A stretch of DNA of 62,551 nt, counting the filler, from Aduncisulcus paluster (lineage: Eukaryota), in the NCBI GenBank assembly GCA_024181965.1. It is 6 parts of 6 records of this genome, joined end to end, with 100 filler letters (N's around TTAATTAATTAA, not from the genome) between each part and the next. Parts side by side here need not be neighbours in the genome. Positions count along the whole stretch, not along the records: positions 47,151 to 51,804 come from BQXS01012521.1; positions 51,905 to 62,551 come from BQXS01012523.1; 4 more parts are not named here. One strand, given 5' to 3'. This document shows, piece by piece, positions 51,043-61,417 of the stretch. The position numbers and the translations under genes are program-made. A model generated the notes under the pieces. That model did not search any database. It was given only the letters and a program-made list of their open reading frames with translations, and had not been told where the DNA came from. How positions within the stretch are numbered: position 1 is the stretch's first letter; the number at the start of each line of letters is the position of its first letter.

Positions 51043-51784
51043 TCATTTGGAGAACAATTTCCCCCTGTAATAACTTAAAAGGTGCATTGAATCCTTAATA
51101 TCGGACAAAGCTGTATGGGCAACACCCCTTCCACGACGTTTTGGACCCATACCAATCCTAGGCACCCATCTCCCAACACATTCGACGATAGATGATACGT
51201 CAACAATGCGGTAATTAAGTTTCTCAATTAAAGTTGGCATATCTCGGCATAAAAACTGTCGATCGACATGCACAGAAGAGCCAGCCAGAGGAATTCGTTT
51301 CACCAAGTATTTATCCGGTACAATACGATCAAGCATCATGCACACTTCTTCCTCGACATCTTCAATGTGCACGGTCGATTTCCTGCATCGTTCGGTCAGA
51401 CCACTCTCTCCATGATGCTGCCGACACCATTCTCCCATATTGTCTAAATCACCATCGGGAACATGGATATCCCATTCCTTTTCATACAGAATCTTCAAAT
51501 TATTATCGGTCAATAACACTCCAACCTGCATTATAAGATCTTTGCCGAGATCAAGTCCTGTCATTTCTAAATCCACCCACAACATGTGCTGATGTGAGAA
51601 AAAATAAATAAATGATAAAAAAAATGTTATGATTTCAGTTATAAATATCACAATGAGAAGATAATATGGAATAAATCATTTCAAATGATGAAAATAAGCA
51701 GAGAAAAGAAAAAAAACCGTGATGAAGATAGGGAGAACTTACTCTTCCAGTCCCAGAGATGGGTCTACATGATCTATATGACAT
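51043..51784 (-). CDS. ORN: Oligoribonuclease (DEDDh, Orn/REXO2 family)
   Basis: LWVDLEMTGL, WCRQHHGESGL, LAGSSVHVDRQFL, YRIVDVSS and HTALSDIKDS. Exon 1 is 51784-51743 with a phase-0 GTAAGT..CAG intron at 51742-51589. Confidence 0.92.
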
Positions 51785-51904
51785 TTATAGCTCAATTTTC
51801 AAGGNNNNNNNNNNNNNNNNNNNNNNNNNNNNNNNNNNNNNNNNNNNNTTAATTAATTAANNNNNNNNNNNNNNNNNNNNNNNNNNNNNNNNNNNNNNNN
51901 NNNN

Positions 51905-52255
51905 GTTTATTCTCTTGAGGCGTATAATTTCATTCTTGTTATTTCCGAAAATGTCCCAGATACATACTATTCTTGTGAGTACACTGATACTTCCTCAACT
52001 GTTTCTCAATGCACATCCATCACCGATAATTGTGCTTGTCGGGTATCACACCGCTGGTCTTCTTCAGATGTACCTGGCAATGGGTATTTTGAACAATATT
52101 TCATTCTTCAAGACGAGATTGCCAACAAATTTGATGACTTTACATGCAGATCTATGAACGTTTTTTCGAAGTTTGATCTTAAATACGCGACCTATGGGTT
52201 TTGGTTTTTGAGCGTTCTAATTATTTCATCCATTTTGCACGTTTTATTGTGTTGA
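51905..52255 (+). CDS. 3' end of a Cys-containing protein with C-terminal hydrophobic tail
   Basis: Manual translation gives a 116-aa stop-free frame from the scaffold edge, ending YGFWFLSVLIISSILHVLLC*. Confidence 0.55.
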   Translation, partial: VYSLEAYNFILVISENVPDTYYSCEYTDTSSTVSQCTSITDNCACRVSHRWSSSDVPGNGYFEQYFILQDEIANKFDDFTCRSMNVFSKFDLKYATYGFWFLSVLIISSILHVLLC

Positions 52256-52927
52256 ACCTTTTTATTATCATTTGATCAGTTAACAAATTTCATTTCATTT
52301 CTATTATCTCATTCTATTCTTAATTCTATTATATTATCAGTTAAATCTATTATTTATTTCGTAAGATATATTTATCTCATCAATTCTTTGTTATAATTCA
52401 TTCTGTTTTGATTTTATTCTTTATATTAATTTCATTCTTTGTTATTATTCATCTTATTCATTCTTCTCTTCGTTTGTTTCATTCTTCTAGCTGCCTGAGA
52501 TCTATCATGTCATCAATGATGATAGATGTTGTCTGATTTGAGTTCAGACACTCTCTGATGTTTTTATGCTCATTCCGTTTATTGTGTCATTTCTTTTGAA
52601 TTTTTGAATATTATTTTTTCAATTTAAAATGATTTTCTTTTAATCATATTTTTTCCTGATCTTTTCTTTCTTCAAGTATTTCGATGATCAATCGCGAGAT
52701 TCCTTCAATTCAAGAATGGTATGTTGCATGCCTTCATGCCTCAACAACATTAACTAGATTTTACTATTCCAATCAAAGAAGGTATCTTATCTAGACACTC
52801 TGTCCCATATAATTACAATAAATAAAGTTTGTGAATCCTCAATTTCTTCAAGGTGATGAATAACCGATACATCTAGTACATATATATACTGTAGTATAGG
52901 ATCTATTGCCACTAAGCATATTAAAAA

Positions 52928-53009
52928 CGGTAAGAGTGGGATTCGAACCCACGCGTGAAATCACAATCGCTTTCTAGGCGACCGCCTTAGACCACTCGGC
53001 CATCTCACC
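52928..53009 (-). tRNA. tRNA-Ser(AGA)
   Basis: GGTGAGATGGCCGAGTGGTCTAAGGCGGTCGCCTAGAAAGCGATTGTGATTTCACGCGTGGGTTCGAATCCCACTCTTACCG folds as a class II cloverleaf with anticodon AGA and G73, followed by a TTTTT Pol III terminator. Confidence 0.93.
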
Positions 53010-53146
53010 ATAATTTGTTCAAAAAAATTATACTATCAATGGAATAAAAACAAAAAATCATGTACTTCATTTATATTCATTCGAAATTGACGACCTTGAT
53101 GAACATGGAGAATTTTCCATCAACAAATAGTGTTGAAAGATGAAAA

Positions 53147-53527
53147 TCTAAAAATAGATTTTCTAAAAATAGAAATACAATTTACTATTTCAGTCAATTT
53201 CATCATATTTACACATTTTCCATCGATATTAATCAACAATTCATACATATCATGCAAAATAGCTTATGTTTAAATTCTCATCGAATGTGAAGTTTCCATG
53301 ATATGTATTGGAGAGAGAAAACGAGGTTACAAACCGATATTTGATAAAATAGGATCAAATACCCGCATATCCATGAAAAAAGACAAACCAAAGTTCTAAA
53401 AATAGAAAATCTAAAAATAGTATTTTCAAATTATCGAATGTTCCTAATCCCATTTTATCCTTGATTTTATCCACTCAATTCACGTTTTATCATTTGTAAA
53501 ATGTATGATAATTGAGATTAGATAATT
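53147..53527 (-). mobile_element. Second copy of the dispersed ~385-bp element
   Basis: Reverse complement of 45581-45965; it abuts the truncation point of the family gene fragment. Confidence 0.55.
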
Positions 53528-53660
53528 ATACTATTGCTTTGATAGTTGGAAGCTCTGCACTCTTAATATTGGGGGAATCTCCAGGGATTGACCACCGAAA
53601 TCCTTTATGAATAAACTCAGGTTCCACAGTTTGAATAACAGCATCTGTGGATGAACTCAT
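53528..53660 (-). pseudogene. 5' fragment of an MSSSTD-family gene, truncated
   Basis: MSSSTDAVIQTVEPEFIHKGFRWSIPGDSPNIKSAELPTIKAIV, then a stop at the element junction. The family upstream sequence is present. Confidence 0.8.
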
Positions 53661-54150
53661 TTGAATAGAGATAGAATATTATCTAAATAAAAACAAGCAG
53701 ATTAATTATGATATTTGGGACGAATTTCAAGTAGAACAGTCCAGAAAAAGACAAAACGAAAAAGCAACGACCACACAGCACAATGGAGAGTAAATTTGGC
53801 CTCCATTTGAGAAATTTTCAATAACAAAGTCGGGAGTTGTGGGTCGATTAAGTGTCGAAAATCAATATTAATAATATTTGCAATGAGAGTTGCTGAAAGT
53901 GATGATCAGGATGATATTTTGGCATCGAACAAGAGCTTATATCTCACATTCTTCTGGAAATGGAGCATCCAGGTATCATTTCTCTCCTCCTTAGCCATGC
54001 AATATGTAATCTGCGATTTATATTATTTAATAAATGATATTTTTTATAGTTATATTTCCGTAAAGAAGAATGAAAAGTTGTCTTGGAGTTTGTTTTCCCC
54101 CACCTTTGGCAATGATATTGTTGAATCTTCGTGCGCAATATAGATTTTCA

Positions 54151-57100
54151 TTATAGTTCCTCCCTCTGGCTCTGTTCATAAGAATCAGAATAGTCTTCAT
54201 AAGAATATTGATCCCAAGATTGTGGATATTCAAATGAATACTGTCCATAAGAATCAGAACTGTCTCCAGATGAATATTGATCCGAAGAGTGTTGATATGA
54301 ATCCTCCTCTTCTTCAGAATATTCTTCCATAGCCTCCTCAATAATTCTATGTGATGTCAGACACCGTGTCTTGATATCATCCTTGGAATATCCCCATGGC
54401 AGAAGGGATAATAATTCACTTTCAACTGTTTCTTCTGGCACAGTAAATACAAGGGAGTGTATCCAGAAATCTCGACTATTCTTATCATCCCACTTTCCTT
54501 TCCCTTCAATCTCACACAATACAACATTATCCAAATCAATAGGAAGGAAATGCCATTCATATTTAAGTTCATTTAAACTTTCAGGTTTTGTGAATTTATA
54601 CTTCTTGGATGTCTTCTTACCATCACAATCAGTGAAAGTGAAGAGAAGAGAGGGTGAACTAGAATTCCTATGAACACAGATATAAGCACCTTTCATGGGA
54701 CAAGGTGATGTGAAAGGGATGGAAAGATGGGATAAGCGAACAACATCTTTCCCTTTTAACATTTTTTGTGCTTTTGAACTCCTTTCATACTCCTTAGATT
54801 CCCTACAATACAAATCATCCTTGCACTTAACCATTGAGAATGAAGGATCTATAAGAATTGGATTATCGCGTGAAATTGGAATAGAATCTCTACCTTTAGA
54901 TTCTTTATCTCCTTCCTTAATAAACTCTGGTTTCACAACTGGAGCTTCAGCCCAGAGTTTCTCTCTGGCTTCACGAGCTTTGAGTTCCTCGGGGGTTTCT
55001 TCTCTTATGAAAACGAGGCAATCGATTTCAAAAATTCTGCAATCAGGGTGAAATCCTTTCCCTTCAATCTCATGATACAACATTATCCAAATCAATAGGA
55101 AGGAAGTGCCATTCATTGTAATGTTCAGGTTCTGTGAATTCATACTTCTTAGATGTCTCCTTGCCATCAGAATCAGTGAAAGTGAAGAGAAGAGAGGGTG
55201 AACTAGAATCATCATCCACACAGATATAAGCACCTTTCATGGGACAAGGTGATGGGAAAGGGATAGAAAGATGGGATAAGCGAACACCAACAACATCTTC
55301 CCCTTTTAACATTCTTTGTGCCTTTGAACTCCGATCATAATACTCAGATTCCTTACTATACCTGTCATTCTTACCCTTAACCATTGAGAATGAAGGATCT
55401 ACAAGATGTGGATCATCACGTGGAATGGGAATAGAATTTCTACCACCTTCCTTAACAAACTCTGGTTTCAGAACAGGAGCTTCAGACCATAGTTTCTCTC
55501 TGGCTTCACGAACTAATATTTCTTCAGGAGTTTCTTCTCTACTAATGAAAACAAGGGATCGGATATTAAAATACCCTGTAATCTCACACATAACAACATC
55601 AGGGAGATCAATAGGAAGGAAATACCAATGTTCATCTCCAAATTCAGGAAATTTGTATTTCTTGGATATTTTCTCATCCTTCGAAGATGTGAGAGTGAAG
55701 ATAAGATGTAATGGAGATCTAGTCCAAGAATAACCATATAGACAGATATAAGCCCCTTTCATTGGGGAAGATGAAGAGAAAGGAATGGAGATATGGGTAA
55801 AATGTCCTAAATTCCACTCTCCTTTCATCATCTTCTGTGCATTAGAACTCTGATCGTACCCATATTCACCCTTTTCCTTGGTTCCATCTATTGCTTCGAT
55901 CGATGGAAACTCTGCACTCTTAATATTGGGGGCATCTCGAAGAATTGGACAGCAATCGAAATATCCTTCATGAATAAACTGAGGCTCCACTGGTGGAAAA
56001 TCTTTAACTCGAATGAAAAAGAGGGAATACATATAGAAATCTCGACTATTCTTCTGCCACCACATTCCTTTCCCTTCAATTTCACACAATACAACGTTAT
56101 CTAAATCAATAGGAAGGAAGTGCCATTCATTGTAATGTTCAGGTTCTGTGAATTCATACTTCTTAGATGTCTCCTTGCCATCAGAATCAGTGAAAGTGAA
56201 GAGAAGAGAGGGTGAACTAGAATCATCATCCACACAGATATAAGCACCTTTCATTGGACTGCCATTCCCAGTGGGTGATGGGAAAGGGATGGAAAGATGG
56301 GATAAGGGAATGCTACATTCAATGGGAAGTTCCCCTTTTAACATTTTTTGTGCACATGAACTCTTATCATAATACTCAGATTCCTTACTATATCTGTCAT
56401 TCTTGCACTTAACCATTGAGAATGAAGGATCTACAAGATGTGGATCATCTCGTGGAATGGGAATAGAATCTATACCTCCTTCCTTAACAAACTCTGCTTT
56501 CACAACTGGTGTTTCAGCCCATAGTTTCTCTCTGGTTTCACGAATTAATATTTCTTCAGGGGTTTCTTTTCTAATGAAAACGAGGGATTTGATTTCAAAA
56601 GGCTCTTTCTCTCTTCCTTTCCCTGTAATCTCACACATAACAACATTAGGGAGATCAATAGGAAGGTAATACCAATTATAGCCTAGAAATCTAGGAAATT
56701 TGTATTTCTTGGATGTTTTCTCACCCTTTGAAGATGTTTTCTTGCCATCATTATCAGTGAAAGTGAAGAGGAAAAGAGAGGGTGGACTCCAACGCTGATG
56801 AACATACATATAAGCACCTTTCAAAGGACTAGGTGATGGGAAAGGGATGGAAAGATGGGATAATGATACGCAATCATATAATAAGCGAACACCACGTTCC
56901 CCTTTCAACATTCCTTGTGCTTCTGAACTCCGATCATACCACTTAGATTCCTTACTATACCTGTCATTCTTACCCTTAACCATTGAGAATGAAGATCTAC
57001 AAGATGTGGATCATCACGTGGAATGGGAATAGATCCTATACCTCCTTCTTTAACAAACTCTGCTTTCAGAACTGGAGCTTCAGACCATAGATTCTCTCTG

Positions 57101-57639
57101 GCTTCACGAAATATGATTTCTTCAGGGGTTTCTTCTCTACTAATGAAAACAAGGGAGAAGATTCCAAAATTCTCTTCCTTTCTTCCTTTCCCTGTAATCT
57201 CACACAGAACAACATCAGGAAGATCAACAGGAAGGAAATACCAATGACCACCTTTAAATTTAGGAAGTTCGTATTTCTTGGATGTTTTCTCACCCTTTGA
57301 AGATGTGAGAGCGAAGATAAGATGTAATGGAGATCTAGTCCAAGAATAACCATCTAGACAGATATATGCCCCTTTCATTGGGGAAGATGAAGAGAAAGGA
57401 ATGGAGATATGGGTAAAATGTCCACCATTCCACTCTCCTTTCATCATATCTTGTGCTTCAGAACTCTGATCGTACCCATATTCACCTTCTTCCTTGGTTC
57501 CATCTATTGCTTTGATTGTTGGAAATGCTGCACTCTTAATATTGGGGGAATCTCTAGGAATTGGGGAGTAGTCCTCATCTCCTTCATGAATAAACTCAGG
57601 TTCCACAGTTTGAATAACAACATCTGTGGATAAACTCAT
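54151..57639 (-). pseudogene. Six-unit repeat-domain family gene with two frameshifts and an acidic Y/S-rich tail
   Basis: ORFs 56905-57639, 55070-56983 and 54151-55233 join via a 1-nt loss near 56995 (gaagatctac vs family gaaggatctac) and a 2-nt loss near 55073. It may be intact if these are sequencing errors. Confidence 0.75.
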
Positions 57640-58496
57640 TTGAATAGAGATAGAATATCTTATCTAAAAAATAAAACCAGCAGAACAAAAATATTTGTGA
57701 ATATCCAACAACGCGAATTTCAAGGAGAACAGTCCGAGAAACAAAGACAAAAAGAACAAGACACGACCACACAGCAGAATATAGTGAGTATATTTGAATG
57801 AATCCAATTAATATATTTCTTAATCTACATTTAATAAAAGATGTGACATATAGTAAACATACAATTTGTTTTAAAAGCGGGAAATGATGGCCACCAAACT
57901 TACAACTCTCAATTGACAATCTTTGAATTTGATATAGCATAAGATATACATAAAAATATATGAACTTTTTCTTTGGATTATATATTACATGCCATCCTTG
58001 TAAATCCACTCCTGATACAAAATCGTTCCATAAGTCCAAGTTTTGTTTACATATGGATTCTAAAGTGACATAATATGCCGATAAGTTGTAATTGAAATCT
58101 ATGAATATTGTAAATATCATCGCCTCGAGGTTTCTGCTGTGTTTTGTAGTTTTGGTTTTTTTCTGAGCTTTTCATTTTTGCATTCTCCACAACGTTTGGT
58201 CATACGCTAGATAAACAGCTCAATGAAGTCAAATAAGAACCACTAGAACTATTGAGAAAGAGAAAGAGAAAGAAATAGTTTGAAGGAGAGAAAAGAAAAG
58301 ATCACTGATCTTTTCAATGATGGCATCATTGTTTGTGTCCTCTTCTTTGTATACCAATGTTAATCATATCGTGAAATCGTATCATTCAGTTTATTATGTG
58401 GTAGGATTGCTGAAGTGACAACGAATTTGCTTAATAGACATGATAGACATACGATTCTATTAAGAATTTATTACTCTAAACGTTTACTTGTCGATA

Positions 58497-59997
58497 TTAC
58501 TCATATTCGTCTTCTTCTTCCTCTTCCTCTTCCTCTTCCTCTTCCTCTTCTTCGCTCACATCATCTCCTTTGGAAAGTTCCCATGGAAGTAGTGATAATC
58601 GATTCCCCGCAACGATTTCCCGTGGCATAGTAAAAATGAGAGAATAAATGCAGAAAGTTCGACGATTCTTCTCCTCCCACTGTCCTTTCCCTTCAATCTC
58701 ACACAACACAACGTTCAGTAAATCAATGGGGAGGAAATACCATTCATATTCATATTCGGGTTCAGAAAACTCATACTTTTTGGATATCCTTGTGCCATTT
58801 GACAGGGTGAATGTAAAGAGAAGACAAGGAGAACTATGGTCTTCATTCACACAGATATAAGCACCTTTCATGGGACTAGGCGATGGGAAAGGGATGGAAA
58901 GATGGGATGTGAATAGAAACTCTTCCATGCTGATATCGGGCTCCACCTTCAACATTTGCTGAACGTCTAAACTCACGTCATACCACNNNNNNNNNNNNNN
59001 NNNNNNGTAAATACCATTCATATTCATATTCGGGTTCAGAAAACTCATACTTTTTGGATATCCTTGTGCCATTTGACAGGGTGAATGTAAAGAGAAGACA
59101 AGGAGAACTATGGTCTTCATTCACACAGATATAAGCACCTTTCATGGGACTAGGCGATGGGAAAGGGATGGAAAGATGGGATGTGAATAGAAACTCTTCC
59201 ATGCTGATATCGGGCTCCACCTTCAACATTTGCTGAACGTCTAAACGCTCCGCATACCACCGAGATTCCTGGCAATACGAATCATCTTTTCCTTTCACCA
59301 TTGAGAGTGAAGGTGCAATTATGGTGGGATCATCGCATGGAATAGGCATGGAATATCTCTTATAGGCCTCACTATCGCCTTCCCGAACAAACTCTGGTTT
59401 CTCAACAATAGCTTCGGACCAGAGTTTCTCTCGAGCAGTCTTTCGGCTTTTACGAGCTACAATCTCTTCGGGGGTTTCTTCTCGAAAGAAAGCAAGTGAT
59501 TTGATATTAAAATACTCTTTATCTCTTCCTTTTCCCGTAATTTCACACAAAACGACGTCAGAAAGATCAACAGGAAGGGAAAACCAAGCCCATTCTTCAA
59601 ATTCAGGCAATTCATACTTTTTGGTTGTTGTTTCTTTCTTTGAAGACGTGAAGGCGAAGATGAGAGATTTAGGAGGCGAATTATAGCGTTCTAAACAGAT
59701 CAAAACACCTTTTATGGGGACAGGGGAAGAGAAAGGGATAGATATATTGGTAAAGTAGTAAAAACATTGCCCTTTAATCATATCTTGAGCTTTAGAACTC
59801 CGATCATATTCGACGTGACCTTTTTTCCTGGTTGTATCACTTGCTTTGATATTTGGAAAATCTGGTTTCGTAAAAATGGGAGAATCTCTTGGAATTGAGA
59901 GGCAGTCAGCGTCTCCTTGTTGAAAAAACTCAGCCTTCACTATTTGAACATCAAATTCAGGGCATTCATCGGAACGCGTGGATGTTGGTGAACTCAT
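58497..59997 (-). CDS. Divergent repeat-domain family gene (MSSPTS subtype), two units, poly-Glu tail
   Basis: ORFs 58978-59997 and 58497-59120 join across the gap duplication and carry the same framework motifs. Confidence 0.8.
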
Positions 59998-61250
59998 TCA
60001 CTGTAGAAAACGTCAGAAGGAACAGAAGAGACATCAGGATTGTAAGAAGGAGTATTATCGATGGTGCATTAAAAAAACGACCACATCAGACTAAACTCAA
60101 GAAAATATTTAACATACAATGGGAAAAAAACCTGTCTACAAAGCAAAACGTGAGCAAGAAAAGATTTTATCATCTTTAGACCAAATGCATCGACATCATT
60201 TAGAAAGATGTAAGATATTTCGAAATATCCCCATTTCAAAAAATTTATTGAACTCAAAGTTGTATATAACTGTATTTAACAATTTAATATTTTGAATCGA
60301 CGTGACCTTTTTTCCTGGTTGTATCACTTGCTTTGATATTTGGAAAATCTGGTTTCGTAAAAATGGGAGAATCTCTTGGAATTGAGAGGCAGTCAGCGTC
60401 TCCTTGTTGAAAAAACTCAGCCTTCACTATTTGAACATCAAATTCAGGGCATTCATCGGAACGCGTGGATGTTGGTGAACTCATTCACTGTAGAAAACGT
60501 CAGAAGGAACAGAAGAGACATCAGGATTGTAAGAAGGAGTATTATCGATGGTGCATTAAAAAAACGACCACATCAGACTAAACTCAAGAAAATATTTAAC
60601 ATACAATGGGAAAAAAACCTGTCTACAAAGCAAAACGTGAGCAAGAAAAGATTTTATCATCTTTAGACCAAATGCATCGACATCATTTAGAAAGATGTAA
60701 GATATTTCGAAATATCCCCATTTCAAAAAATTTATTGAACTCAAAGTTGTATATAACTGTATTTAACAATTTAATATTTTGATGGTTGTATCACTTGCTT
60801 TGATATTTGGAAAATCTGGTTTCGTAAAAATGGGAGAATCTCTTGGAATTGAGAGGCAGTCAGCGTCTCCTTGTTGAAAAAACTCAGCCTTCACTATTTG
60901 AACATCAAATTCAGGGCATTCATCGGAACGCGTGGATGTTGGTGAACTCATTCACTGTAGAAAACGTCAGAAGGAACAGAAGAGACATCAGGATTGTAAG
61001 AAGGAGTATTATCGATGGTGCATTAAAAAAACGACCACATCAGACTAAACTCAAGAAAATATTTAACATACAATGGGAAAAAAACCTGTCTACAAAGCAA
61101 AACGTGAGCAAGAAAAGATTTTATCATCTTTAGACCAAATGCATCGACATCATTTAGAAAGATGTAAGATATTTCGAAATATCCCCATTTCAAAAAATTT
61201 ATTGAACTCAAAGTTGTATATAACTGTATTTAACAATTTAATATTTTGAA
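59810..61250. repeat. Tandem triplication (487 and 467 bp) of the upstream region plus 5' end of the MSSPTS gene
   Basis: Near-identical copies start at 59810, 60297 and 60783, creating the truncated ORFs 60284-60484 and 60763-60951. Confidence 0.9.
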
Positions 61251-61417
61251 TGTTTTGAACGCGAGTTTTCAAAAAATGACGTGTTTTCAGCAGTGCTATT
61301 GAGAAAATATATTTATTTAACGGCAAAACTCTGCGCTGTGCGAAAAGCTATTAATATGAAAACTGTTCTGAGGGCTCGGATTTCCCCATAACAACTTGTT
61401 ATCTTTGGTAAAGAAAA

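Noticed and set aside
2860..59250. Direct duplications of roughly 200-430 bp flanking the 20-N gaps (3038, 5821, 11062, 18853, 22451, 33984, 41535, 58987)
   Set aside because: Typical unmerged contig overlaps; collapsing them restores the reading frames.
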